Position numbers and translations under genes: made by a program
Source of the DNA: Burkholderiales bacterium
GTDB taxonomy: Bacteria > Pseudomonadota > Gammaproteobacteria > Burkholderiales > SG8-39
DNA: 64,000 nt
NCBI GenBank assembly: GCA_050248795.1
Contig: JBFWRS010000003.1
Span: forward strand, 6,500-70,499
Reading direction: 5' to 3'
Shown: piece after piece, positions 1-12,687 of the stretch
Position numbering within the stretch: the first letter of the stretch is position 1
Layout of the letters: the number at the start of each line of letters is the position of its first letter
The notes under the pieces: model-generated
What the model was told of the DNA's origin: nothing
Database searches by the model: none
The model's input: only the letters and a program-made list of their open reading frames with translations

Positions 1-1122
1 GATCCCCGTGCGGCGGTGATCGTCTGCCTCGATTTCGACGATCCGGCCTACGAGGACGGCGTGGAAGAAGTCGTGCGCCTGGTGCAGAGCGCTGGCGTGA
101 CCCGTCACCAGGTCATCGCCGGAAGCCGCAAGCGTCCGGATGCCGCGCTCTTCGCCGGCAGCGGCAAGGTGGAGGAGATCGATGCCGCGGCGCGCGCGCT
201 GAACGCCGAGTACGTGGTGTTCAACCACGCGCTGTCGCCGGCGCAGCAGCGCAACCTGGAGAAGCGGCTCGAATGCCGCGTGATGGACCGCGCCGAACTG
301 ATCCTGGAAATATTCGCCGATCGCGCGCAGACCAGCGAGGGCAAGCTGCAGGTCGAGCTCGCGCGGCTGGAGCACCTGTCCACCCGTCTGGTGCGCGGCT
401 GGAGCCACCTGGAGCGCCAGCGCGGCGGGCTCGGCAAGACCGGCGGTCCCGGCGAGAAGCAGATCGAACTCGACCGCCGCATGATCGGCGAGCGCGTGCG
501 CATGCTGAAGGCGAAGCTGAAGCAGCTGCGCGACAGGCGCGGCATCCAGCGCCGCGCGAGGGTGCGCCGCGACGTGCTCTCGGTTTCGCTGGTCGGCTAT
601 ACCAACGCCGGAAAATCGACACTCTTCAATGCGCTTGCGCACGCCACGGGCTATGCCGCGGACAGGCTCTTCGCCACGCTGGATACGACCACGCGGCGAG
701 TCTGGCTGCCGGATGCGGGCAACCTGACGCTGTCGGACACGGTCGGGTTCATACGCGACCTGCCGCACGGGCTGGTCGCGGCGTTCCGCGCCACGCTCGA
801 GGAAACCGTGCACGCCGACCTGTTGCTGCACGTCGTGGACGCGGCCTCGCCGGTGCGCGACGAGCAGGCGCACGAGGTGGACAAGGTGCTGGCGGAGATC
901 GGCGCGGACCGCATTCCGCAACTCGTGGTCTGGAACAAGATCGATCTCGTCGATGGCCTCGAGCCGGGGGTAGAGCGCGACCAGTATGGTAGGATTTGGC
1001 GTGTTCGCGTGAGCGCGCGCACGGGTGCGGGCCTTGCAGGATTGCGCGGCGCGATCGCCGAATTCGCGGTGGCGCGTAAGGCCGCGAGATCGCCCGCCGT
1101 TTCGGAACCAATCTCACATTAA
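1..1122 (+). CDS. hflX: GTPase HflX (5' end cut by window edge)
   Basis: Frame is open from base 1. G-motifs GYTNAGKST, DTVGF and NKID are present. hflK-hflC follow. Confidence 0.9.
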   Translation, partial: DPRAAVIVCLDFDDPAYEDGVEEVVRLVQSAGVTRHQVIAGSRKRPDAALFAGSGKVEEIDAAARALNAEYVVFNHALSPAQQRNLEKRLECRVMDRAELILEIFADRAQTSEGKLQVELARLEHLSTRLVRGWSHLERQRGGLGKTGGPGEKQIELDRRMIGERVRMLKAKLKQLRDRRGIQRRARVRRDVLSVSLVGYTNAGKSTLFNALAHATGYAADRLFATLDTTTRRVWLPDAGNLTLSDTVGFIRDLPHGLVAAFRATLEETVHADLLLHVVDAASPVRDEQAHEVDKVLAEIGADRIPQLVVWNKIDLVDGLEPGVERDQYGRIWRVRVSARTGAGLAGLRGAIAEFAVARKAARSPAVSEPISH

Positions 1123-1131
1123 GACCAGACA

Positions 1132-2337
1132 ATGTCGCTGAATGACCCGAACTGGGGGCGTCAGGGTGGAAATCGCGGTTCCGGTGGAAACCAGGGCCCG
1201 CCGGACCTTGACGAACTCTGGCGCAACTTCAACCGCAAGCTGACCGACCTGTTCGGCAGGCGAGGAGGCGGGAGCGATGGCGGTCGTCCGCCAGAGCCGC
1301 CGTCGGCCAGGGCGCTGGGCGGCGGCGCCGGCGTCATCGTTGCGCTGCTTGTGGCGCTGTGGCTCGCCAGCGGCTTCTACATCGTCGTCGAGGGCCAGCG
1401 CGGCGTCGTGCTGACCTTCGGCAAGTTCTCCGAGGAAACCGGCCCCGGCCTGCGCTGGCGCATGCCCTGGCCGATCCAGTCGAACGAGGCGGTGAACCTG
1501 TCGCAGGTGCGCACCTTCGAGATCGGCTACCGCAACAACGTCAGGACCAAGGTCCTCAAGGAATCGCTGATGCTTACCGACGACGAGAACATCGTCGACC
1601 TGCAGTTCGCGGTGCAGTTCACCGTGCGCAATGCGCAGGAGTACCTGTTCAACAACAAGGCTCCCGACGATACCGCCCAGCACGCCGCGGAAACCGCGAT
1701 GCGACAGGTCATCGGGCGCAGCAAGATGGACGAGATCCTGTACGAGTCGCGCGAGGCGATCCAGATCCGCGTGCAGCAGCTGATGCAGGAGATCCTCGAT
1801 CGCTACCAGACCGGCATCGAGGTGAGCCGCGTGACCATCCAGAGCGCGCAGCCGCCCGAGCAGGTGCAGGCTGCGTTCGACGACGCGGTCAAGGCGGGGC
1901 AGGACCGCGAGCGGCAGAAGAACGAGGGCCAAGCCTACGCAAATGATGTCATCCCCAAGGCGCGAGGCACGGCGTCCCGCCTGATGGAAGAAGCCGAAGG
2001 CTATCGGCAGCGGGTGATCGCTGCCGCCGAGGGCGATGCCGCGCGCTTCAACCAAGTGCTGACCGAGTACGCGAAGGCGCCTGGCGTGACGCGCGAGCGC
2101 CTGTACATCGAGACCATGCAGCAGGTGCTGTCCTCCACGTCCAAGGTGATGCTGGACTACAAGGGCGGCGGGAACCTGCTCTACCTGCCGCTGGACAAGC
2201 TGATGCAGGCGGCCGGGGCGGTTCCGGCGCAGGACCCGGGGCTTGCGGGGCGTCCCGCGCCGGCGGATCCGGTGACGGATCCCGGTCCGCGCTCGCGCGA
2301 AACGCTGCGCGGGCGTGAACGAGGGGAGCGGCCATGA
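1132..2337 (+). CDS. hflK: FtsH protease modulator HflK (SPFH/band-7)
   Basis: Gly-rich N-terminus, one TM segment and an SPFH domain. Stop overlaps the hflC start. Canonical hflXKC order. Confidence 0.9.
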   Translation: MSLNDPNWGRQGGNRGSGGNQGPPDLDELWRNFNRKLTDLFGRRGGGSDGGRPPEPPSARALGGGAGVIVALLVALWLASGFYIVVEGQRGVVLTFGKFSEETGPGLRWRMPWPIQSNEAVNLSQVRTFEIGYRNNVRTKVLKESLMLTDDENIVDLQFAVQFTVRNAQEYLFNNKAPDDTAQHAAETAMRQVIGRSKMDEILYESREAIQIRVQQLMQEILDRYQTGIEVSRVTIQSAQPPEQVQAAFDDAVKAGQDRERQKNEGQAYANDVIPKARGTASRLMEEAEGYRQRVIAAAEGDAARFNQVLTEYAKAPGVTRERLYIETMQQVLSSTSKVMLDYKGGGNLLYLPLDKLMQAAGAVPAQDPGLAGRPAPADPVTDPGPRSRETLRGRERGERP

Positions 2338-3221
2338 ACAAGGTCCTCGGGCCGGTAATCGCGGCATTCGTCGCGCTCGCGTTCGTTGCCAGCAGTGCGC
2401 TCTTCACGGTGGACGAGCGCCAGAACGCGATCGTGTTCCAGCTCGGCGAGGTCAAGGAGGTCGTCACCAAGCCCGGGCTGCACTTCAAGTGGCCGATGAT
2501 CCAGAACGTGCGCCACTTCGACATGCGGATCCTCACCTACGACGATGCCGAACCCCTGCGCTTCATTACTGCGGAAAAGAAGCCGGTGCTGGTCGATTCG
2601 TTCGTCAAGTGGCGCGTGTTCGACGTCAGGCAGTACTACGTATCGGTACAGGGCGACGAGCGGCTGTCGACCACGCGCCTGCGGCAGACCATCTCGGGCG
2701 GCCTGCAGGCGGAATTCGGCTCGCGCACGGTGCACGACGTCGTCTCCGGTGAACGCGACAAGATCATGGATAGCGTGCGCGAGAAGGCCGACCAGGACCT
2801 GCGCCGCATCGGCGTGGAGATCGTCGACGTGCGCCTGAAGCGCGTCGACCTGCCGCAGGAAGTGAGCGAATCGGTCTACCGGCGCATGGAGGCCGAGAGG
2901 AAGCGCGTCGCCAACGAGTTGCGATCCACGGGTTCTGCCGAAGCCGAGCGCATCCGCGCGGATGCCGACCGCCAGCGCGAGGTGATCCTCGCCGAGGCCT
3001 ACCGCGACGCGCAGCGCGTGCGAGGCGAAGGTGACGCCAAGGCCGCGAATACCTACGCCGCGGCGTTCTCCCGGGATGCCGAGTTCTACTCGTTCTACCG
3101 CTCGATGGAGGCGTACCGCGCGTCCTTCCGCAGCCGCAACGACGTACTGCTGCTCGAGCCGAGCTCGGAATTCTTCCGCTTCCTCAAGGACGCATCGGGC
3201 AGGGCGGGCGCGAAGAAATGA
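2334..3221 (+). CDS. hflC: FtsH protease modulator HflC
   Basis: N-terminal TM plus SPFH domain. ATGA overlap with hflK. Confidence 0.9.
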   Translation: MNKVLGPVIAAFVALAFVASSALFTVDERQNAIVFQLGEVKEVVTKPGLHFKWPMIQNVRHFDMRILTYDDAEPLRFITAEKKPVLVDSFVKWRVFDVRQYYVSVQGDERLSTTRLRQTISGGLQAEFGSRTVHDVVSGERDKIMDSVREKADQDLRRIGVEIVDVRLKRVDLPQEVSESVYRRMEAERKRVANELRSTGSAEAERIRADADRQREVILAEAYRDAQRVRGEGDAKAANTYAAAFSRDAEFYSFYRSMEAYRASFRSRNDVLLLEPSSEFFRFLKDASGRAGAKK

Positions 3222-3227
3222 TGCCGC

Positions 3228-3421
3228 ATGGGCACCACGTTCCTACTCGCGTTCGCCCTCATGCTGATCATCGAGGGGCTGTTTCCCTTCCTCGCGCCGG
3301 GATCGTGGCGGGAAACCTTCCGCCGCATCACGCAGTTCTCTGACGGCCAGATCCGCTTCTTCGGCCTGACTTCCATGATCGTCGGTCTGCTGCTGCTCGC
3401 CGCGGTGCGGGCGTTTGCCTG

Positions 3422-3422
<1 letters not shown>
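3228..3422 (+). CDS. DUF2065/YjeT-family small membrane protein
   Basis: 64 aa with two TM segments and an [12 protein letters not shown] motif like E. coli YjeT. Same position downstream of hflC. Confidence 0.7.
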
Positions 3423-6138
<2,716 letters not shown>

Positions 6139-6139
<1 letters not shown>

Positions 6140-6642
6140 CAGACTGCCTGGTACTTCAGGCGCTTGATGCGATCCATGTTCGTGCCCTCGATGCGGATCA
6201 GGCGCGTGGCGCCCTTGCGCGTCGGGGCGTGCAACTCGCCCTCGTTGTACAGGTGCGCCTGGCCGGGCGTGATGCTGTAGCTGCGCGTAGGCCGCGCCTT
6301 GCCCGGCGTGGCTTCGGTCGCCGCCTCGACCAGTTCGAAGTCGGTCATCATGGTTTCGCCGCGCGCCTGGCCGTAAATGGCCCAGGACGGGCCATGGTCG
6401 TGCGGCGGCACGTTCTGCTTCTCGCCCTCGTAGCGGTGCGCGAGGATGCAGAAGCCGAGCTGCGGATCCTCGTAAACGACCTGCCGTTCCGGGGTCGCGT
6501 CGGTGATCGTGCTGGCGACAAACTGCTCGTCCTGCAGCGCGCCCTCGAGCAGGGCGCACACTTTCCGGCGGCCTTCCGGACCTGGGTCAGCCCGCAGTAT
6601 CGAGCTGCAGCTTGCGGCGAATTTCTCCAGTGTCTGTGTCAT
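6139..6642 (-). CDS. cupin-domain protein
   Basis: 167 aa. Cupin metal motif PPHDHGPSWAIYGQ...GE and a second-motif region. Confidence 0.55.
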
Positions 6643-6679
6643 GGCCGTTTACAATCGCATCTTGCGCAACCGGTGTTGC

Positions 6680-6767
<88 letters not shown>

Positions 6768-6799
6768 GGGGAGGCGAATTCTAGTGTCCGGGGCATCCA

Positions 6800-8899
6800 G
6801 TGTCAAAAAAGAAACGCGAAACGCTCGAAGAACGCCATTTGTGGCGGGGTGACATCGTCGAGGCGCTGACCCGCGAAGGGGCGCCGCTGGACGCGGACGA
6901 GCTGGCCTCGCGCATGCAGCTGGACCGCCAGGACCGGCGTGCCTACGCCGCCGCGCTGGCGGAACTGGTGCGCTCGGGCGAGGTGGTGCGCAACCGGGCC
7001 GGAGCGCTGCTGGTGGCGAAGAAGATCGCCCTGATCGCGGGGAAGATCGAAGGCCACCCCGACGGCTTCGGTTTCCTCGAGCCCGACGATGGCGGCCCGG
7101 ACATCTACCTGCCTTTCGTCGAGATGCGCAAGGCCATGCATGGCGACCGCGCAACGGTGCGCGTCACCGGGCAGGACGCCCGTGGCAGGCCGCGCGGCGA
7201 GATCGTCGAGGTGATCGCGGGGGCGAACCGCCGCATTGTCGGCCGGGTGCACGCAAAGCATGGCGTGATGTTTCTCATTCCGGAGGACAAGCGCATCGCG
7301 CAGGAGATCCTGCTGCCGCCGGCCGAGTCCGGGCGGGCAAAGTCCGGCCAGGTGGTGTCGGTGGAACTGGTGGCGCAGCCCTCGCCGCACGCGCAGCCGG
7401 TCGGCCGCGTCGTCGAAGTGCTCGGCAACCATGACGATGCGGGTATCGAGATCGAGATCGCGCTGCGCAAATTCGACCTCCCGTACGAGTTCAGCCGACA
7501 GTCGCTGGCGATGGCGAAGGCGCTGCCCGACACCGTGCGCGCGGAGGACCTGAAGGGCCGCCGCGACCTGCGCGATCTGCCGTTCGTCACCATCGACGGC
7601 GAGACGGCGAAGGACTTCGACGATGCGGTGCACGCGGTGCGCGAAGGCCGCGGCTGGCGCCTGTGGGTGGCGATCGCCGACGTGAGCCACTATGTGCGGC
7701 ACGGCGACGCGCTCGATACCGCCGCACGCGAGCGCGGCACTTCGGTGTACTTCCCCCGGCGCGTGATCCCGATGCTGCCGGAGAAGATCTCCAATGGCCT
7801 TTGTTCGCTGAATCCGCAGGTGGACCGGCTGGCGATGGTGTGCGAGATGTCGATCGGGCCCAGGGGGCAGCTCGCACGCTACGAGTTCTACCCCGCGGCG
7901 ATACGCTCCAGCGCGCGGCTGACCTACACGCAGGTGTGGGCGCAGCTGGAAACGGGCAGGCCTCCCGCGCACCTGGGCGTGCTGCACGAGGTGTTCAAGG
8001 CGCTGTATGCGGCGCGCCAGCAGCGCGGCGCGATCGACTTCGAATCGACCGAGACGCAGATCCATTTCGACGCCCGCGGGCGCATCGAGAAGATCGAGGC
8101 CACGGTGCGCAACGACGCCCACAGGCTGATCGAGGAATGCATGCTGGCGGCGAACGTCTGCGCCGGCAACTTCCTGTCCGAGCGCGCACACCCGGTGCTG
8201 TACCGCGTGCACGACGTGCCGGCCGAGGAGAAGGTCACGCTGCTGCGCGAGTTCCTCGCCGAACTCGGCCTGCAGCTTCCCGGCGGCAAGATCCCGAAGC
8301 CGGGCGACTATGCGCGGCTGATGTCGCAGATCCAGGCGCGGCCCGATGCACCGCTGCTGCAGACGGTGATGCTGCGCTCGATGAAGCAGGCGGTCTACAG
8401 CCCGGACAATGCCGGGCACTTCGGCCTCGCGTTCGACGCCTATGTGCACTTCACCTCACCGATCCGGCGCTACCCGGACCTGCTGGTGCACCGCGCGATC
8501 CGGGCCGCGCTCGTCGGCAGGCAGTACGAGGGCATCGACTGGGACGACATGGGACGGCACTGCTCGGAGACCGAGCGCCGCGCCGACGAGGCCAGCCGTG
8601 ACGTCGAAAACTGGCTGAAGTGCGACTACATGCGCGACCAGGTGGGTGGCACCTTCTCCGGGCGCATCACCGGCGTCGCGCCGTTCGGCGTCTTCGTCAC
8701 GCTGGACGATTTCTTCGTCGACGGCCTGGTGCACATCTCGGCGCTCGGCCGCGACTATTTCCGCTACGAGGCCGCGCGCCACGCGCTGCTGGGCGAGCGC
8801 ACCGGCAAGCAGTACCGGCTCGCCGACCGGCTGCGCGTGAAGCTGGTGCGCGTGGATATGGAATCGCGCAAGATCGACCTCGTGCCCGCGGATGAGTGA
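6800..8899 (+). CDS. rnr: ribonuclease R
   Basis: N-terminal HTH/cold-shock region (HPDGFGFL), RNB catalytic domain (DFDDAV...) and C-terminal S1 domain. GTG start is approximate. Confidence 0.9.
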   Translation: MSKKKRETLEERHLWRGDIVEALTREGAPLDADELASRMQLDRQDRRAYAAALAELVRSGEVVRNRAGALLVAKKIALIAGKIEGHPDGFGFLEPDDGGPDIYLPFVEMRKAMHGDRATVRVTGQDARGRPRGEIVEVIAGANRRIVGRVHAKHGVMFLIPEDKRIAQEILLPPAESGRAKSGQVVSVELVAQPSPHAQPVGRVVEVLGNHDDAGIEIEIALRKFDLPYEFSRQSLAMAKALPDTVRAEDLKGRRDLRDLPFVTIDGETAKDFDDAVHAVREGRGWRLWVAIADVSHYVRHGDALDTAARERGTSVYFPRRVIPMLPEKISNGLCSLNPQVDRLAMVCEMSIGPRGQLARYEFYPAAIRSSARLTYTQVWAQLETGRPPAHLGVLHEVFKALYAARQQRGAIDFESTETQIHFDARGRIEKIEATVRNDAHRLIEECMLAANVCAGNFLSERAHPVLYRVHDVPAEEKVTLLREFLAELGLQLPGGKIPKPGDYARLMSQIQARPDAPLLQTVMLRSMKQAVYSPDNAGHFGLAFDAYVHFTSPIRRYPDLLVHRAIRAALVGRQYEGIDWDDMGRHCSETERRADEASRDVENWLKCDYMRDQVGGTFSGRITGVAPFGVFVTLDDFFVDGLVHISALGRDYFRYEAARHALLGERTGKQYRLADRLRVKLVRVDMESRKIDLVPADE

Positions 8900-9644
8900 A
8901 CCGCGCGTCGTCGTCGGCTTTCACGCCGTGCTCGCCTGCCTGCGCAGCGATCCTTCGCTGGTGCTCGAGGTATTCGTCGACGAAGCGCGCAAGGACGGCC
9001 GCGCGAAGGACCTCGTCGCCGCGGCAGAGGGCGCGAAGGTGCGCGTGCTCAGGGTGCCGGCAAGCCGCCTGGACGGCTTCGCGCGGGGCGGCCGCCACCA
9101 AGGGGTGCTCGCGCGCGTAATGCCTTCGCGCGGCGCGCAGGTGCACAGCCTGGACGACCTGCTCGATTCGATCAAGGAGCCGCCGCTGCTGCTGGTGCTG
9201 GACGGCGTCACCGACCCGCACAACCTGGGCGCCTGCCTGCGCGTGGCCAATGCCGCCGGCGTGCATGCGGTGGTGGCGCCGAAGGACCATGCGGCGGGCA
9301 TCAGCGCGGTGGTGTCCAAGGTGGCCAGCGGGGCCGCGGAATTGACCCCGTACATCATGGTGACCAACCTCGCGCGTACCCTGACCGAGCTGAAGGAACG
9401 CGATATCTGGGTGGTCGGCGCGGACGAGCGCGGCGAGACCGATCTCTACTCGGCGAAGCTCAGCGGCGCGCTCGCCTGGGTGCTGGGCGCCGAAGGCGAG
9501 GGCATGCGCCGGCTGACGCGCGAGCGCTGCGACCAGCTGGTGCGCATCCCGATGCGCGGAGAGGTACAGAGCCTGAACGTCTCGGTTGCCGCCGGCGTGG
9601 CGCTGTACGAATCCGCGCGTCGGAGGCTTGCGGCAAGTCGCTGA
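8892..9644 (+). CDS. rlmB: 23S rRNA (guanosine-2'-O)-methyltransferase RlmB (SpoU/TrmH)
   Basis: SpoU motifs LDGVTDPHNLGACLR, VLGAEGEGMR and SLNVSVAAG. Conserved rnr-rlmB pairing. Confidence 0.85.
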   Translation: MSEPRVVVGFHAVLACLRSDPSLVLEVFVDEARKDGRAKDLVAAAEGAKVRVLRVPASRLDGFARGGRHQGVLARVMPSRGAQVHSLDDLLDSIKEPPLLLVLDGVTDPHNLGACLRVANAAGVHAVVAPKDHAAGISAVVSKVASGAAELTPYIMVTNLARTLTELKERDIWVVGADERGETDLYSAKLSGALAWVLGAEGEGMRRLTRERCDQLVRIPMRGEVQSLNVSVAAGVALYESARRRLAASR

Positions 9645-9657
9645 TTATCGGTATAAT
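9628..9657 (+). promoter_or_regulatory. sigma70-type promoter for the rpsF operon
   Basis: TTGCGG (9628-9633), 18-bp spacer, perfect TATAAT (9652-9657), about 66 bp upstream of the rpsF ATG. Confidence 0.45.
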
Positions 9658-9723
9658 TCACGGCTTTCCTTGCCACACCTCCTTACGCATGGCGGGTGGC
9701 TTCAACCATAAGGGGCTTCACTG

Positions 9724-10131
9724 ATGCGTCATTACGAGATCGTTTTCATCGTCCATCCAGACCAGAGCGAGCAGGTGCCCGCGATGGTCGAGCGCTACAA
9801 GGGCGTCATCGGCGCCCGCAACGGCACCGTCCATCGTCTCGAGGACTGGGGCCGCCGGCAACTCACCTACCCGCTGCAGAAGGTGCACAAGGCGCACTAC
9901 GTGCTCATGAACATCGAGTGCGACCAGGAAACGCTGAACGAGCTGGATCATTCGTTCCGCTTCAACGACGCCGTGCTGCGCCACCTGATCGTGAAGATGA
10001 CCAAGGCCGTGACCGAGCCCTCGCCGATGATGAAGGAGGAGAAGTCGCGGTCGCTGATGGAGCGCGGGTCGGAAAGCCGTCCGGCGGAAGCGGCGCCGGA
10101 AGCTGCGCCGGCCGCGGCGCCGGCCGCCTGA
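9724..10131 (+). CDS. rpsF: 30S ribosomal protein S6
   Basis: [19 protein letters not shown]-terminus with an acidic/Ala-Pro tail. Confidence 0.95.
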   Translation: MRHYEIVFIVHPDQSEQVPAMVERYKGVIGARNGTVHRLEDWGRRQLTYPLQKVHKAHYVLMNIECDQETLNELDHSFRFNDAVLRHLIVKMTKAVTEPSPMMKEEKSRSLMERGSESRPAEAAPEAAPAAAPAA

Positions 10132-10433
10132 GCGGCAACCGGGTAGAACTCTCGGGGTCGCTCGCCCGCATCGAGGCGCTGCGGCACACCCCGGCGGGCG
10201 TCACGGTACTCGAGTTCGGCTTGAAGCACGCGTCCGAAAGGATCGAAGCCGGCAAACCGAGGACCGTGGAACTGGAAGTCGACGCGATCGCCTTCGAGAG
10301 TGATGCCCGCGTGGTGGCCGGTGCGGCGCTGGGCACGGGGCTGAAGGTGGAAGGATTTCTGGCGGCAAAGAGCAGGCGCTCGAGAAAGATCGTCCTGCAC
10401 GTGACGCGAATCGAATTCGTTGAAGGGGTCTGA
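10128..10433 (+). CDS. priB: primosomal replication protein N (PriB); start uncertain
   Basis: Conserved [19 protein letters not shown]-fold N-terminus, located between rpsF and rpsR. No ATG/GTG/TTG near the conserved N-terminus. The only nearby candidate is CTG at 10128, overlapping the rpsF stop. Confidence 0.7.
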   Translation: MSGNRVELSGSLARIEALRHTPAGVTVLEFGLKHASERIEAGKPRTVELEVDAIAFESDARVVAGAALGTGLKVEGFLAAKSRRSRKIVLHVTRIEFVEGV

Positions 10434-10434
10434 C

Positions 10435-10722
10435 ATGGCATTCGGAAAGAGCAAGTTCAAGGGCAAGGGCAAAGGCAAGGACAAGAAGGACCGGGGGCAG
10501 CGATCGCTGTTCCGGCGCCGCAAGTTCTGCCGCTTCACGGCCGAGAAGATCGAGTGGATCGACTACAAGGCGGTGGACCTGCTGAAGGATTTCATCAATG
10601 AGAACGGCAAGGTCATCCCGGCGCGCATCACCGGCACATCGGCCGGGTACCAGCGGCAGCTGACCACCGCGATCAAGCGCGCGCGCTTCCTCGCGCTGCT
10701 GCCCTACACCGACCTGCACTGA
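10435..10722 (+). CDS. rpsR: 30S ribosomal protein S18
   Basis: ATG at 10435. [13 protein letters not shown] and ITGT motifs. Confidence 0.95.
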   Translation: MAFGKSKFKGKGKGKDKKDRGQRSLFRRRKFCRFTAEKIEWIDYKAVDLLKDFINENGKVIPARITGTSAGYQRQLTTAIKRARFLALLPYTDLH

Positions 10723-10732
10723 GGGGACAGCG

Positions 10733-11182
10733 ATGCAAGTCATATTGATGGAAAAGGTGGCGAACCTCGGCAATCTCGGCGAGGTCGTCAAGGTGAAGGA
10801 TGGTTTTGCGCGCAACTTCCTGATTCCGAAGGGGAAGGCGAAGCGCGCCACGGAATCCAACCTGAAGGAGTTCGAAGCCCGGCGCGCCGAACTGGAAAAG
10901 GCGCAGGCCGAGCAGCTGACACAGGCGCAGGAGCATGCGGCCAGGCTGGATGGCCTGATGCTGCAGATCACGCAGAAGGCCGGCGTAGACGGGCGCCTGT
11001 TCGGGTCGGTGACGAACTACGACATCGTCGACGCGCTGAAGCTGCAGGGGCACGAAGTCGATCGTTCGCAGGTGCGCATGCCGGCCGGCCCGCTGAAGCA
11101 GGTGGGCGACTATCCGATCCAGATTGCGCTGCACACGGACGTCGCGGTTACCGTCACCGTTTCTGTGCTCGGCGAAAGCTGA
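10733..11182 (+). CDS. rplI: 50S ribosomal protein L9
   Basis: [33 protein letters not shown]-terminus. Confidence 0.95.
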   Translation: MQVILMEKVANLGNLGEVVKVKDGFARNFLIPKGKAKRATESNLKEFEARRAELEKAQAEQLTQAQEHAARLDGLMLQITQKAGVDGRLFGSVTNYDIVDALKLQGHEVDRSQVRMPAGPLKQVGDYPIQIALHTDVAVTVTVSVLGES

Positions 11183-11210
11183 TTTGCAGGCACGCCTGCC
11201 GCAGTTGAAG

Positions 11211-11240
11211 AAGGCGCTGGCGACAGCGCCTTTTTGTTTG
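11211..11240 (+). terminator. rho-independent terminator after rplI
   Basis: AAGGCGCTG-GCGA-CAGCGCCTT stem-loop followed by TTTTTGTTTG. Confidence 0.65.
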
Positions 11241-11256
11241 TAGCATCGCGGAACCC

Positions 11257-12669
11257 ATGGCACGTTCCCAGCAGGCGACCCCCGCCGCGCCTTTCCCCGC
11301 CGACCCCCAGGTGCTTGCGCTGCGGGTGCCGCCGCACTCGGTGGAGGCAGAGCAGTCGCTGATCGGCGGCCTGCTGCTGGACAACCAGGCGTTCGACAAG
11401 GTCGCCGACCTCGTCACCGCGGACGACTTCTATCGCGACGACCACCGCCGCATCTTCCGCCACGTCGCGCGGCTGATCGAGGCGGGCAAGCCGGCCGACG
11501 TCGTCACGGTGTCCGAATCGATCGACGCAAGCGAGGACAAGGACAGGACAGGCGGCGGCGTGTATCTCGCATCGCTCGCGCAAAACACGCCCAGCGCGGT
11601 GAACATCCGTCGCTATGCGGAGCTGGTGCGCGAGCGCTCGGTGCAGCGCCGGCTCGCGCAGGTCGCCACCGAGATCGCGGACGGCGCGCTGAACCCGGGT
11701 GGCCGCGAGGTGACGCAGTTGCTCGAGCAGGCCGAGATCAGCATCCTGGAAGTCGGCGAGACCGGCGGGCGGATCAGCCGCGGTTTCCAGGAAATCAGCC
11801 CGGTGCTCGCGCGCGTGCTCGAGCGCATCGACTACCTGTATCACCGCGACAATGCCTCGGACATCACCGGCGTGCCCACCGGCTTCCAGGACCTCGACCG
11901 CATGACCGCGGGACTGCAGCCGCAGGACCTCATCATCGTCGCCGGCAGGCCATCGATGGGCAAGACCGCGTTCGCGCTGAACATTGCCGAGCACGTCGCG
12001 GTCGACAACGGCCTGCCGGTCGCGGTATTCAGCATGGAGATGAGCGGCTCGCAGCTCGCGTCGCGGATCCTCGGTTCGATCGCGCGCGTGGACCAGCACA
12101 AGATGCGTACCGGGCGCCTGAACGACGAGGAGTGGAGCCGGCTCACGGCCGCGATCGGCAAGCTGAACGACGCGCCGGTGCACATCGATGAAACCGCAGC
12201 GCTTACCCCCGGTGAGGTGCGCTCGCGCGCGCGGCGGCTGCGCCGCCAGTGCGGCAAGCTCGGGCTGATCGTGGTCGATTACCTGCAGCTGATGAGCGCG
12301 GGCAACCCGAAGGCCAACGAGAACCGCGCCACCGAGATCTCCGAGATCTCGCGCTCGCTGAAGGCGATGGCGAAGGAGCTGGACGTGCCGGTGGTCGCGC
12401 TGTCGCAGCTGTCGCGCGCGGTCGAGTCGCGCCAGGACCGGCGCCCGATGATGTCCGACCTGCGCGAGTCAGGCGCGATCGAGCAGGACGCCGACGTGAT
12501 CCTCTTCATCTACCGCGACGAGGTCTACCATCCCGAGAAGCTGGAAGCCAAGGGCCGCGCCGAGGTGATCATCGGCAAGCAGAGGAACGGCCCCATCGGC
12601 AAGGTCGACCTGACCTTCATCGGCCAGCACACGCGCTTCGAGAACTTCGCCGCGCCCGGGAACTACTGA
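11257..12669 (+). CDS. dnaB: replicative DNA helicase DnaB
   Basis: PPHSVEAEQSLIGGLL N-terminus, Walker A GRPSMGKT and RecA-like C-terminal domain. Confidence 0.95.
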   Translation: MARSQQATPAAPFPADPQVLALRVPPHSVEAEQSLIGGLLLDNQAFDKVADLVTADDFYRDDHRRIFRHVARLIEAGKPADVVTVSESIDASEDKDRTGGGVYLASLAQNTPSAVNIRRYAELVRERSVQRRLAQVATEIADGALNPGGREVTQLLEQAEISILEVGETGGRISRGFQEISPVLARVLERIDYLYHRDNASDITGVPTGFQDLDRMTAGLQPQDLIIVAGRPSMGKTAFALNIAEHVAVDNGLPVAVFSMEMSGSQLASRILGSIARVDQHKMRTGRLNDEEWSRLTAAIGKLNDAPVHIDETAALTPGEVRSRARRLRRQCGKLGLIVVDYLQLMSAGNPKANENRATEISEISRSLKAMAKELDVPVVALSQLSRAVESRQDRRPMMSDLRESGAIEQDADVILFIYRDEVYHPEKLEAKGRAEVIIGKQRNGPIGKVDLTFIGQHTRFENFAAPGNY

Positions 12670-12687
12670 CCGGGCGGCGGGCCGCCC

